A stretch of DNA of 64,000 bases, taken from the human T2T-CHM13v2.0 reference genome, Homo sapiens. Below the pieces are notes generated by a model. It was not told where the DNA came from and ran no database searches. It was given only the letters and a program-made list of their open reading frames with translations. Of this stretch, positions 1 through 16,639 are shown piece by piece; position 1 is the stretch's first letter; each line of letters begins with the position of its first letter. The position numbers were made by a program, and so were the translations under genes. The stretch lies in NCBI RefSeq assembly GCF_009914755.1, contig NC_060934.1; one strand, given 5' to 3'.

Positions 1-453
1 ATATTGTTAAAATGGCCACACTGTCCAAAGCAATTTACAGATTCAATGCTACCCCTATCAAACTATACCAATGACAATCTTCACAGAATTGGAAAAAAAG
101 AATAATTCACATAGAACTGAAAAAGAGCCTGAATAGCCAAGGCAATCCTAAGCAAAAAGAACAAAGCTGGAGGCATCACATTACCCAACTATAAACTACA
201 GTACAAGGCTACAGTAACCAAAACAGCATGGTACTGGTACAAAAATGGACACACAGACCCATGGAACAGAAGAGAGAGCCCAGAAATAATGCCACACACC
301 TACAACCATCTGATCTTTGACAAAGCTGACAAAAACAAGCAACAGGGAAAGAACACCCCATTCAATAAATGGTGCTGGGATAACAGGCTAGCCATATGCT
401 GAATATTGACACTGGACCCCTTCCTTACACCACACATAAAAATCAATTCAAAG

Positions 454-750
<297 letters not shown>

Positions 751-1094
751 TCAATTCAAGATGGATTAAAGAATTAAATATAAAATCTAAAACTATAAAA
801 ACCCTGGAAGATAACCTAGGAAATACCATTCTGACCATAGGTCCTGGACGAGACTTCATGATGAAGACAGCAAAAACAATTGCAACAAAAACAAAAATTG
901 ACAAATGGGACCTAATTAAACTAAAAACCTTCTGCACAGCAAAAGAAACTATCAACAGAGTAAACAGACAACCTACAGAATGGGAGAAAATATTTGCAAA
1001 TTATGCATCCAACAAAGGTTGAATATCCAGCATCTATAAAGAACTTAAGCAAACTAACAAGCATAAAACAACCCCATTAAAAAGTGGGCAAAGA

Positions 1095-1380
1095 GGCCAG
1101 GCATGGTGGCTTACGCCTGTAATCCTAGCACTTTGGGAGGCCAAGGAGGGTGGATCACCTGAGGTCAGGAGTTTGAGACCAGTCTGGCCAACGTGACAAA
1201 ACCCATATCTACTAAAAATACAAAAATTAGCCGGGCATGGTGGCGGGCACCTGTAATCCCAGCTACTCGGGAGGCTGAGGCCAGAGAATCGCTTAAACCC
1301 AGGGGATGGAGGTTGCAGTGAGCTGAGATTGTGCCACTTCACTCCAGCTTGGACAAAAGAGCGAGACTCCATCTCAAAAC
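1095..1380 (+). mobile_element. AluS inside L1
   Basis: Dimeric Alu; TSD aaagtgg(g/a)caaaga. Confidence 0.95.
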
Positions 1381-2220
1381 AAAGTGGACAAAGAACAAGA
1401 ACAGACGCTTTTCAAAAGAATACATACACATGGCCAATAAGCTTATGAAAAAATGTTCAACATTACTATCATTAGAGAAATGCAAATCAAAACCACAATG
1501 AGACACCACCTCACACCAGTCAGAGTGGCAATTATTAAATAAAACAATACAACCGTGTCGCGTGAGAAATTCGAAGAAAAAAATTAAAAGTCAAAAAATA
1601 ACAGATGCTGGCAAGGGTGTGGAGAAAAGGGAATGTTTATACGCTGCTGGTGGGAATGTAAATTAGTTTGGCCATTGTGGAAAGCAGTGTGGCAATTTCC
1701 CAATGAATTTAAAACAGGGTTATCATTCAACCCAGCAATCCCATTACTGTGTATATATCCAAAGAAATATAAACTGTTCTGCCATAAAGACACATGCACA
1801 CATATGTTCATCACAACACTATTCACAATAGCAAAGACATGGAATCAACCTAAATATCTTTCAGTGGTAGAGTGGATAAAGAAAATGTGGTACAAACATA
1901 CCATGGAACACTAGGCAGCCATAAAAAATAACAAGGTCATGTTTTTTGCAACAACATGAATGGAGCTAGAGGCTATTATTGCTAAGTGAACTAACATGGG
2001 AAGAGAAAACCAAATAATGCATGATCTCACGTGGACATAAAGAGGAAAACAACAGACAGCAGGGCCTACTTGAAGAGGGAGAGGATCAAAAAATTAGCCT
2101 ATTGGGTACTATGTTTATCACCTGGGGTGACTAATCTGTATGCCAAACCCCTATGACACTCAATTTACCTATATAACAAACCTGCACATGTACCCCTGAA
2201 TCTAGAATAAAACTTTTTTA

Positions 2221-2335
<115 letters not shown>

Positions 2336-2940
2336 AACAAAAGACTACACAGCCATGTTGGCATAGCTATGGTTCATGGACACAGAAATATATATATGCT
2401 AACCTCAAAACAAAAAACTACTATTCAAGTCTCTTTATTTAAAAGAAAAAGACTGTGTTTCTATCTATCTGAAGAAAGGGAAGAGTCAGGATGAAAATCT
2501 CAAACAACAGTGATAAGCTCTCAGCAATAGCAGGATGTCAGGTGATTAATTCCTTTGTATGTTTCTGCATTTTCCAATTTTTCCTCACAAGGAGTTGTGC
2601 TATTTTTACATAGGAAGTAACAGCAAGAGAGAGAGACTGAGAAAGAGAGGGAGAAGAAAAAAAAAAAGAAACAAAAAAAAGAAGGACGAAGAAGAAGGGA
2701 GAAGAGGAAGACATTGAAAGATTGATACGTTAATTCATCGCTTTCTAATACTCTGGTGGAAAAAGAGCACCTGTTTAAATTCTTCATAAATCTCTGTAGT
2801 TGCCTTGAGTGTTGGAATTGAGCCACACAATAAATGAAAGATGGTACTCTTCATGTGGACTGCAGAAAAGGATTTCAGAGTTACCCTAAGCCTGGCTCAC
2901 TCAAAAGCCCAAGAAGGAGAAACGGCACCAAGAAAAATAG

Positions 2941-3187
<247 letters not shown>

Positions 3188-3696
3188 CTGCATTTTTTGA
3201 TACAATGTATTCCTGACCCACAGGAGCCACATGGGACAAATTCCACCATGACAGGTGCAACAGTGAATCTAATCTTCCAAATTTATACACTATTTGGTAT
3301 TTGATATTTTTTGTCTTACTTGAAATTTCAAGAAAACATTTAAGATATGCACCAACTCTCAGCCAGGCATGATGCTAACTGTCAGGAATATAGGTGTGAA
3401 CAAGACACAACAGCTGTGTGCACCCAGCTCACAGCTGAGGGAAAGAAGAGCAGGCCGGTGGGGAGAGGGCCAGGAATGAGAAGGAGCCCCAGTAGGAAGC
3501 AGAGTGAATATCTGGGTGATCTTACCATCTTCTGACCTCACGATGTAACCTAGCTGGTTAAATACCCTGTGCAGGGAGGTTTTAGGAGACAGTCGACCAG
3601 GCCGCTGCCTCCATACTACCATGCTGATGTAACTATGTATGTGGCTATGAGCCCTTCTGCAATTCCTTATAAGCCAAATACAAAAGGAGTGGCCAG

Positions 3697-4045
<349 letters not shown>

Positions 4046-4234
4046 TCAAAACGCTGAACGTTCCTCCTCCCCCTCCTCTTCCTCTTCCTCATTCCTCTCA
4101 AGAGTACAGAAAAAAAGTGGGGTAGTGGGAGGGAACACTGAAGAGCAGTAGGTGGATAGGTCCAGGAGCCAAACTCACAGACCACAGTAAAGACTGGGGA
4201 AGCACACACAGAGCATCAGAGCACTGATGGAGAA

Positions 4235-4379
4235 AAGGCCGAGCTTCCTGAGATCCAGGCCCTGCACAGGAGAGGCTGCCCGGGACACAAATGGCCCATC
4301 GCACAGCAAGGCTGAGCTTCCTGAGGGCCAGGCCCTGCACAGGGTAGGCTGCCTGGGACACACTCGCCCACTGCACAGG
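4235..4379. repeat. Two-copy diverged tandem duplication, period about 73 bp
   Basis: aaggc(c/t)gagcttcctgag...ccaggccctgcacagg...aggctgcc(c/t)gggacaca at 4235 and 4308. Confidence 0.9.
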
Positions 4380-4765
4380 AGCACGGTGCACCGCCAAGGC
4401 CACGGTTGGGATGGATCTTCTCAGGGCCAACGCTGGGACCAGAATGCAGAATGGCTGCATGTTGTATACACGGAGATGATAAGGACAGGCCCGAGTTGTG
4501 AAGAAAGATGTTATGTTTGGTTAAATTAAGGCAGAATATGGCATAGAAATCTTTTTGTGATATTTCCATTGTAAAAGTGTAGTTTTAAAACCCCAAAACC
4601 TAGTGTTAAGTCCCAGGTATCAAGAAAATCATTATACCTTGGTATTCAGGACAGTGAAGATTCATGATACTTATTATAAAAGAAAATATACTAGAGTGGG
4701 TGGCCCACACATAATTTAAAGTATGTGTCTAAAACAGAAAGGAAAAGAATCGCACCCGCTCCCTA

Positions 4766-4921
<156 letters not shown>

Positions 4922-5498
4922 CTATACGAAAGAACAGAAACACTGAATATAGCAAGTTAGCATCACCAAAAGGGAATTAGACATTTTAAACCGTGATAAC
5001 TTCCTGCCCATAAAAAGGAATCAACCTCATATCAACAATACTGCAACTGATTAAAAATTCAGACAGCACCCTAAGTTTGGTATTGAGTCACTGCTCCTTT
5101 TATGATGGAGTGACTCATACACACTCTTCCCTTTGGCTCTGATGCTGATACTCTATTATGATAGGAACTGCACAAACCTGCAATATGTACTGCATAAGTA
5201 ATACTGATTTCTCTAAAGCATACTAGATTTCCTATTGCCCAATATATGAAATACTTATTATACTTATTAACCCCCAATGCAATCTACAGAAATATTCTAA
5301 TAAGCAAACAGCATATATTATGTGTCTGAAGAATTTGTATTTTTGCTTATCTGCAAAAAGTAGTTTGCACACCCTGGTGGCTCCAAGTGTTTCTTACAAA
5401 TAGGTCTAAAGATAGGGACACAGAAGGATGCTGACAAGACCGTAGTGAACAAAGCACATCCTGTGTGGCTTGAGCCTCTTTTTACAGAGACAAAATGA

Positions 5499-5557
5499 CA
5501 CACACACACACACACACACACATATTAAAATGCGTAAACACACACACACACACACAC
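5499..5557. repeat. Two adjacent (CA)n microsatellites
   Basis: Directly visible. Confidence 0.95.
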
Positions 5558-5914
5558 CCCCCTCAAAATTTGCAGTGGTTATCCTGCAGTGGGATTGAGG
5601 AGAAGGAAAAAAAAGGACATCATTTTAAATTTTATACACTTCTATATGGTGTACGTATATTTTAAAATCCTTAAAACTCTGCTTTCAAATGATCTGAAGA
5701 AGAAACATAGTTGTGTGTTTCTGAACTTCTACATCACTCTTACGTACATATTCAGATGAAAATATACTAAATTGCATGTTTCACCATTCCCTACTGCTTT
5801 CATTCTGCAACACAATTGCTATCCAGAAGTTCAATCCTCCATTCTTCATACCTAAAGATGATGTTTGATACAGTTCTTTCCTGAAGCAAAGATTGGAAGA
5901 AGGAGGCTAATGAT

Positions 5915-6055
5915 TAATGAAGAGTTAAAATACAGATTCCTGGACCCTGTTCCAGATCTACTGACTAAGACCCTGGAGCAGGGGTGCGGGGAGAATCCAT
6001 ATTATTAAGAAGCTCTCCAAGTCCATCTCTAACAAAGCATGCCTAAGTATCACTG
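5915..6055. mobile_element. MER5-family (hAT-Charlie) fragment
   Basis: aaaatacagattcctggaccc...ccagatctactga...aagctctccaag. Confidence 0.6.
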
Positions 6056-6274
6056 AAACGGAACACTTATTTTAAAAATGCAGAATGACCAATCCTTGTC
6101 ACTTTTTAACCAGCACAGCAAGTAACTCAGACCTTAATCCTCAAAGTTATTAAACATTACCGTTAAAACCATTTTGCAAGTAACAGAGTTCCTCTGCACC
6201 CTCATCTATCTGGACCTCTATGAAAGGAATCATTTATCTAGAACACAGAGAGTAAGTTTGTAAAACAAACACTC

Positions 6275-6296
6275 ACACACACACACACACACACAC
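6275..6296. repeat. (CA)n microsatellite
   Basis: Directly visible. Confidence 0.95.
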
Positions 6297-7051
6297 GTTG
6301 GCATCCTCTTCATTTGTGGGGCCTATTCTGACTGCACATGAATCCCAATTACAACATCATCCAGGAGTCCCTGGGACACCTGCCACTGAGACAGCTCCAG
6401 AATTTGGCATCTCCAGATGTGTTGAGTCCCCAAAGAATGAAGTCCCAAAACCATTTACTGATGGTAAATGGTATTTCCTCTTCAAGGAAAATTGGAAATA
6501 ATGTCCTGGGGGTGAATAAGAAAGAGGTGTCCCCTGGCCACTTAGAATAGCCACATCCTGCCCACCTCTTCCCACCAAGCAAGCTCAAGGGTGACCCAAT
6601 CAACTTAAATATCAACTTTCGTTTCTAAAATACTTCCACACACACAAGCACACCAACCTCCAAAATGTGGCTTATGAAACCATTCTTTAAGCCTCCTAAT
6701 CCTGTTCACTCCCTCCAGATGAGATCATTATCTGCAGCCTTTATATAATATTTGTAGCCACCCCTTGGAAATAAATCCGCACCTATGGACTTTCTCAACC
6801 TCATAACTTCATCCTTCAGAACTTGCTACATTTCCACCTTTTCCCCAGCACTTTCCCTTTCACAGCCTGTTAGGCCCTGCACCATTTTCCCCCCACTCTG
6901 TGCCCAAGGCCTCCAATGCCTGGACCACACCTTACCCTCCAGGCCAGCCCTGTCTGTCCATCAAGACTTCTCAGGCATCCTCTTCTCCAAGAGCTTTTCC
7001 TGACCATCACACCCCCAAAGCAGATCAGCAGTCTAACTCCAGCCCACTGTT

Positions 7052-7271
<220 letters not shown>

Positions 7272-8184
7272 TGAGCCTTTAAAGGCTGTGAATTATTTTT
7301 ACATATGCAGCACAAAACCTTTTGTTGACACTACTTTACCTTCCGGTTATTATACCAATTCTTTGATGATCTTCACAGCAAATTTTTTTTAAAAATTGTC
7401 TATACTTGCTTCAAGTGTGTCTTCCTCCCATAACCCCATTCCAATCAGGCTTCCTCTTCCATCATATCCACAGCAGCCTCCACGATGCTTAACACAAAAG
7501 TCTGTTGTCTGTCCTCATCTTATTTGGTCTATCAGCAGAATATGTTACCCTCTCTTTGAAATACTCTATAAACTTGGCTTGTAATCCTCCAACTAACTGA
7601 TCAAGGCTTTTCTAATTTTGAGAGTCAATGGTTGACTCCTGCCTCCGGAGGGGTCCTGACTCAACAGTCAGCTATGCCAAGCAATCATGATAACATCATG
7701 CCAAGGCAAATATCAGGCTGCCACTTATTAAATGCCACTCCACAAAAATGTGCTGAATGGATATGACGTTTTGAAAAGAACTGAGCAGGAGATCAACAGT
7801 AACCCCAACAGAGCATGCTGCATTAAAAATAAAAAAATAATAAATAAAACATAAAAAATAAACATATAAAAATGACCTCCTCCCACAAGAGTTTAAAAAC
7901 CAGGAAGGATATTTTTGCCACTGAAAAATACAACTCCGTAGAACAGTGGTCTCTTGGGAAATTTTAACTGGCAGCTTTCATACCATAATTCTCTTTCAAT
8001 GAACAGAGGACTTGCTTTATTTTCAAGGGAAGAGTCCAGTATCCAGTGAGAAAAAGTTAGCGCATACTTATTGATTCCACTTTGTAGTAGTTTGCATTAA
8101 AAAGTTTAAAATAATAACAGTAGGAATCTCTACTGTCCAGTCCATAGACACTCAGAAATGTAGCTGAGCAAAAAATTGTGATAA

Positions 8185-8390
8185 GGTCCGGCATGATGGC
8201 TCATCCCTGTAATCCCAGAACTTTAGAAGGCCAAGGCATAGTGACCCACACCTGCAGTCCCAGCTAATTGGGAGACTAAGGCAGGGGGATCCCTTGAGCA
8301 CAAAAATTCAAGGCTGCAGTGAGCTGTGATTGTATCACTGCACTCCAGCCTGGGCAACAGAGTGAGGCCCCGTCTCTTAGGGGGAAGATA
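8185..8390 (+). mobile_element. AluJ with internal deletion
   Basis: Left-arm start fused to right arm; TSD aaaa(a/g)tt(g/a)tgataag. Confidence 0.85.
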
Positions 8391-9191
8391 AAAGTTATGA
8401 TAAGCCACTTTTTATACTACCAATAAATTCTAATTCTACAATAATTGTATCAGTCATTGGGTGAATAAACAAACATGACAGAACATTCAACTAAAAAAGA
8501 AGAAGAATGTTTCTCATTCAGGATATGTCCATTTAAAATAACAAAAGAGTTAAACACTAACAATAATTGTGTATTATGACAACCAAAAGTCCATCACACA
8601 CAGCAATAAACGAGGGGCAGAGTTCATCCATCAAATAGATGATCAAGCAGTGAATGTCCTCATGGGGCAAGGCTCCCAAGGATAGGTCCAAACCCACCGA
8701 AGAAACCTGGAGACAAAACCACATGAAGAATCACTGCTCTTATTCAGATAAAGAACATCAACTTCACCTTGCCTAGTGCTAGACAAAACATTTCCTAAGA
8801 CTAAGAATGGAAGCAGAGGTAACTCTACAAGATGCAAGTTGCAAGGAATGCTGAGGCCCACTCTACTCCAGGATGTGGTAAGAGAAAACAGTGCAAAGTC
8901 CTAAGGCGAGCTTTTGTGAGTTATGACATGTATAATGCATAGGCTCCGCATATTACCCACATGTGCAAATTTCAAGAAAAGTATCTGCAACTAGAAATAG
9001 CACCCTACTTTTTCATTAACCATGGCATACAGCAATGGTCAATATCCTGTCTAACTTAAGACCAGAAAAAGATCACTGAAAAAAATCTATGTTGATAAAA
9101 AAAAAATTTGAGTATTTACTACATGCAAAGCATTGCATGAAGGCAAAGAAACAATCATCACCCAACATCAGAAATTAAAATTTATCTGACA

Positions 9192-9511
<320 letters not shown>

Positions 9512-9835
9512 TCATAAAAAAGAGGTAGACCACGTGTTCAAAGAAAACTACACCAAAAAAAAAATGTTTTGTGAATTCAGGAAGGAAAGATCACTCTCAC
9601 TTGGAAAGGTCTTCATGGGGAGGTTTTAGCAGAATGAGCAGACCAGAGGGACAGGGCACAAGAGGAGGACCCTGAGCAGGGGGAAGGGTGTGAGCAGCAG
9701 GGAAGAATGGCAGAGGTGATTCAGAACGCTGTGAACACAAAGATAAAAATGAAAGGGTAAAAACATCATATCAAAAAGACACACTTATTTTTATTTCCTA
9801 CTGAAAGCCCACTGAAACCACAATACACGCGGGGA

Positions 9836-9884
<49 letters not shown>
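9836..9884. repeat. (GTT)16 trinucleotide microsatellite
   Basis: Directly visible; source of the poly-L/Q/T/N pseudo-ORFs. Confidence 0.97.
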
Positions 9885-9885
<1 letters not shown>

Positions 9886-10120
9886 CCAAGCATAATCGCA
9901 CAAAGACAAAGAGAACAGAGGGAAATGAGGGAAACACAGTTTTTGGAAGCTGAGAAGCAGATGGCCCAGAGGCGACACATTTTGCAGAACCAAGAAAGGG
10001 AACCCCAAGGTAACTGTGGGGAAAGCCAAGAAGCAGCAAGACTTCCCCAACAGAGCCGGTAAGAGGCTCTGGAATGGGGAGAACCAAGAATGTCAGAACA
10101 CCGGAACAAGGATGGGAAGG

Positions 10121-10900
<780 letters not shown>

Positions 10901-11609
10901 TAAAAGATGGGAGGAAAAATAACAATACTGTCTGAAAGTCTGTAGTAATTAAAGCCCCAGCTTCCCAATGCTTCCAGAGAGCACAGTGACTGCCCCTCCC
11001 AGCCCCTGGCGGCTCACTGCAGGCTCAGACAGCAGGTCTGGACTGAGAAACTAGAGGAGGAACAATTGTAGAGGTGCCTTGTTGAAAATGAGAGGAGCCA
11101 AGTGAATATTTACGTACTGATTACAGAAAAATCCAGCCCTCTGCTTCCACTTGCTCTCAGAATGCCAGCCAGGGCTTATCCCCCCAAGGCTAGAGGTGGG
11201 AAGATCTTTCCCTGGGCCTCTATCCATCTAAAGAGAAAAGGCAGGGGGGAATCTGGCCCAGTCCAGGGACCACCCAGTGAAGCTCACAGTGTACGCCCGT
11301 GCCTGAACTCAGTGCTCTCAAGTTACCATTAGTGCCTTAGGTCAGAGCCAACCATGGAGAGACAGACTTTTAAGAACACCCCAAGGATGGAAGAGAGAAC
11401 AAAACAAATAGTAAACACAACTTGAAAGAACCAGAGACTGTATAAAAAGATGCTACTAAAAATCCATCACTGGTATCCTGAGAGAGGTCAGATGGTGGTA
11501 CATTCAGGTTGCAGAGGAATATGAGAAGGGAGGAAAGCAAGAAAGAAAGAAACGTGGTGAGAGAGAATTTTTTTAAAAAAAGTATTTTGGAATTAAAATA
11601 TGAAAAACA

Positions 11610-11905
11610 GGCCAGGCACAGTGGTTCATTCCTGTAATCCCAGCACTTTGGAGGCCAAGGCAGGTGAACTGCTTGAGGCCAGGAGTTTAAGGCCAGCCTG
11701 GGCAACACAGCAAGATCCCATCTGTACAAAAAAAAAAACCATAAAAATAAGTCAGGTGTGGTGGCATGCACCCACAGTCCCAGCTACTCAGGAGGCTGAG
11801 GCAGAAAGACTGCTTGAGCCCAGGAGTTCAAGGCTATGGTGAGTTACGACTGGGCCACTGCACTCTAGCCTGTGTGACAGACACTCTGTCCAAAAAAAAC
11901 TAAAC
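11610..11905 (+). mobile_element. AluJ
   Basis: Dimeric Alu with J-type right arm (ttgagcccaggagttcaaggct). Confidence 0.93.
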
Positions 11906-13661
11906 AAAATACTAAGAGCTCAATAGGAAAATTAAGAGAAGTTGAAAATATCTCCCCTAGGAAGTTGGAAAAAAAAAAAAGACAAAGAAGATAAAAAAGG
12001 CTAATAATAAAATTAGACCAGTCAAGTAAGTCAAGCAACTTGAATAACAGGAGTTCTAGAAAAAGAGAATTGGGAAAACAGAGAAATAACCAAAAACAAT
12101 TTCAACTTAATTCCCCAAAATGACATATGTTTCCACATTAAAAAGTTCCATAGAGACCCCAACACAATGTATAAAAGCAGACATACACCAAGGCACATCA
12201 GAACACAGAAGAAAAACAGAAGATTGGTGGGGGGAAGGGAAGGAGAACATCCAGAAAATAAAGCACAGGCCACAGTGAGGGAAAAGGAGTCACAGCAATA
12301 CTGGAATCTAGACAATCATCTACCAGTGACTTCAAAACTCCTACAAGAAATAGTCCCCCATCCTAGAATTCCATTTCTTGCCCAAATACCGGTAAAGTAT
12401 GAAGGCAGAAAAAAGACCTTTTTTAGAAATGCAACGTTTCCAAAAACATTACCCCTTTGTAAGTGGAAGATGTGTTCCAACAAAATAAGGCAATAAACCA
12501 TGAATGAGAATGACACAGCATATGAAAACAGGAGACATAACACAGAAGACAGCTCCCGGGACGATGGTGAAGGTGGATCCCATATTCCAGGACGTCAGCT
12601 GCAAACCTGGAGCAGAGTGACCAGTCCAGACACCCCAAATGTGACCTCTTCAAAATGGCACTGAAAGAGTACCCAATGCAACTAAACACAGCAAGACACA
12701 ATTTTAACAACTGACTAAGGCTAAGGCTAATTAGTTATAAATGTACAGAAGATCAACCAAAGGAAAAAACATTCCTCATTTCAGGAAAAACACAAAAGTT
12801 GTGAAGGAAAGAAAAGGTGATCAAGGTATCATACATGGTTCAGCTGTAAGTAGCTTTAATAATAAAAATAATGTGAACCTAGAATATTTAATCAAATTTG
12901 TAACCATATTTTGTAACAAAGTGGTCTAAAAAGTAAGTGTGACAGAGGGAGGAGAAAGGCAGACACAAACACACACAAAGAGACAGAGATCCTAGAAATG
13001 GCTACCTGTGAGTGGGGGCATAGCACACATACGGTAGTGAAATAGGGTTAAACCTTCCATGTTAACTCAATAGATGACAAACAACAAGAAAAAACAAACG
13101 AGATAAGCAATTTACATAAAAATATTAAAGTAAATATCAAAAGAACCAGGAGCAAGAGTTGGAAAAGGCAACCTCTCCCAAAGAAGGCTCTGCTCTTTTT
13201 CATAACAATCCTAGTAGTGCTATCTGATCATGTGCACATGTCACATTGAGAAACACAAAGACTAAAGAGAAACAAGTTTGAAAAGTCCTTTAAATAATAA
13301 CCATGGCACACAGTTTACAGTTTAGCATCCACCAACCAGATTAGCCACATGATAGTTAAGTTAACAAGACAAATAAAGTCCTAGTTAGTGATATAACAAA
13401 TAGAAAACATTTCATTTTTTTGTTTTGTTTTTAAAAATGCCCCTCAGACTTCTAAAACACTTCATTTTAAAAAGTCAACAAAAGAGCACGATCAGCAGGA
13501 ACTATGCTTCTCTCTAGATTCTCTGGGTAACTCTCCAATTTATTTAAGCCAAAAACAAACATTTTTAGAATATATTCTGAAGTTCTGTTCTTAAAAAAAA
13601 AATGAATCATTAGCACTTCAAGATAGATATCACACATGCAATTCTGACTTTTCCTGATTTA

Positions 13662-14051
<390 letters not shown>

Positions 14052-14654
14052 TCAATCTTGTTACAGGAACACTGCTAAACATTATACAAATGTTTGTGTT
14101 GCCTTCTCAATACAGGGAGAAGACAGACAGTCAGATGTCATAGCTGATGTTCAACAACAAAATAATGACCTGTATCACCACAAGGGAGGGACTAATATCT
14201 CATGCTAAGTACACTGCTCGGCCCCCATTCTCCACTCCAAACCACACCCAATACCAATGCCAAAACCTCAGCACCACAACACAAGACAGAGCAAACCACA
14301 AACCTGCTGCCTCCCTTGACAGGTGGATAGCTTCATTTATCTCATCAATCAAAAGTGAAAATGGAGGCATGAAACCAGGTGAAGTCCAACCTCAAGGAAA
14401 TAAGTTTCTGGCATTTAGTCTTATTAGAACTAGCACATAATCTCTCACAGGGTCACACATTATTCAATAATATGAGAAATCAGCCCATCGATGACCTCCA
14501 AGATCTGACATGACTTTCATGCCAACACAAAGTCATGGAAGTCCTTCAACTCCTCCACCATTCTACAGAAATGAAGGGAATGGCCTCAGACTACAGCGCT
14601 GGCACAGGACACAGTCAAGGCAAGAATGAGACAGCAGTAACCACCAGTTAGATC

Positions 14655-14860
14655 TGCACTGCATTTTACAATTTTAAAAAATGCATTCATGTGCATTATC
14701 TCATGTGGAAAGAGGGCTTATAATTCCTATTTTCAGAGGAGAGAACTGAGACTCAGAGAGCATAAATAGCCGGCAAGAGGTCACAATTCATAAATGCTGG
14801 CAGCCAGGACTCCAGCCCAGGTCTGCTGATTTATTCCCAAGTCCTTTCTCAGACTAACAC
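14655..14860 (-). mobile_element. MIR fragment
   Basis: attcctattttcagaggagagaactgagactcagagag...aggtcaca MIR core. Confidence 0.75.
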
Positions 14861-14973
14861 TGGCAGTTTCCAATCTGAAGCGTCAGGGTTGCTTGTCTTC
14901 TTTCCACAGCCCCTCCTCCCAGCCTCTTCTCAACAGCTTCATTTGTTAATACAGTACATAAAGAGAAGATCCA

Positions 14974-15782
14974 GGCCAGGCGTGGTGGCCCACACCTGTA
15001 ATCCCAGCACTCTGGGAGGCCATGGCAGATTGCTTGAGTTCAGAGGGCCTAGACCAGCCTGGGCAATATGGCAAGACCCTGTCTCTATAAAATACAGAAA
15101 ACAAAACAAAACAAAAAAACTTAGCTGGACGTGGTGGCAGGTACCAGTAGTCCCAGCTACTCAGGAGGCTGAGGCATGAGGATCACTTGAGCCTGGAAGG
15201 TTGAGGCTGCTGTGAGCCACGATTGTACCACTGCACTCCAGCTGGGGTAACAAAGTGAAACCTTGTCCCAAAAATCAATTAAATTAATTAATTAAAATAA
15301 AAAGACGAGATCCATAAAGTATTTTAATAAAAAGGGCCAGGTGTTGTGGCTCACGCCTCTAATCCCAGCACTTTGGGAGGGTGGGGCAGGAGGATCATTT
15401 GAGCCCAGGAGTTAGAGACCAGCCTGGACAACACAGTGAGATCCTGTCTCCACAAAAAATTTTAAAAATTAGGGCTGGGTTCGGTAGCTCACACCTGTAA
15501 TCCTAGCACTTTGGGAGGCTGAGGTGGTCAGATCACTTGAGGTCAGGAGTTTGAGACCAGCCTGGCCAACATGGTGAAACCCCATCTATACTAAAAATAC
15601 AAAAATTAGCCAGGTGTGGTAGTGCGCACCTGTGGTCCGAGCCACTTGGGAAGCTGAGGTGGGATGATCGCTTCAGCCCAGGAGGTCAAGGCTGCAGTAA
15701 GCAGTGGCGTGCCACTGCACTCCAGTCTGGGTGACAGAGTGAGACCCTGTCTCAAAAAAAAAAAAAGAAAAGAAGAAAAAAA
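14974..15782 (+). mobile_element. Alu cluster: AluJ (14974-15303), left arm (15335-15471), Alu (15473-15782)
   Basis: Alu arms and tails visible; first TSD aaaga(ga/cg)agatcca. Confidence 0.92.
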
Positions 15783-15861
15783 GTGTTGGCTGTTAAAACC
15801 AAGTCTGAAAAGCCACACCATGAAAAATTCTATTACATGTTCTAATCACATCATGATTTAA

Positions 15862-16043
15862 AGTGGTGGTTCTCCAAGTGGGAGTCCAGGCCAGCATCAC
15901 CTGATAATACACTGGAAATTCCAATCCCAAGCGGGATACACCACCAAAAAAAAAGTCTCTGGAGGAAGGACCAACCACCTATTTATACATTTAAACTAGC
16001 CCTCCAGGTGTTTCTGATGCACACTGAGGTTTGAGAACCAGTG
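15862..16043. mobile_element. MER5A (hAT-Charlie MITE)
   Basis: gtggttctccaagtg...ccctccaggtgtttctgatgcacactgaggtttgagaaccagtg terminal motifs. Confidence 0.8.
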
Positions 16044-16639
16044 ATTCAGAATGAGGGGCGAGAAGAGATCAGAGAGGAAGCTGAAACACCTTGTGCCTCT
16101 TCTATACACTACGTTTTAGCCCAACAACTCGTGGGTTTAGTGCTTCTATCCAAACTTCGGAAATCAAACAGATGTTAGCTATTACATCTTTAAAATGGTT
16201 ACCATGAACACACACACACATATTTGTCTCCTATAAGCATACAGATAATCTCAGTGTTCACTGTCAGAGTCCTTTCTCAGTGTTATTTCAACTCCAGGCT
16301 CTGTGCAGGGGATTGCTAACGCCACATCTTTAGACCAGAACCCTCCCAGCACTCCCACTTCAAACATCCACCTCTCACTGCACCTCACCCTGGGAGCAGT
16401 CTGAATCCTCCAAGGAGCTTGTTTTAAAAGCCTGCCAGGAAATTTTTATGCAACAAACAAAAGAATACCCATTTGGGAATTACTTATGACTGGACAATGT
16501 TTTTATGGAGTCCTATTTTACTTCAAATAGATAAAGCTTATATTCCTTATCTTCCCTCTAACACCAACTTCCTGCCTTCTTCATTCCTACTGATAGCAGC
16601 ATCCTCCTGATTGAACCTAATCAAAACATAGCCTCACTT

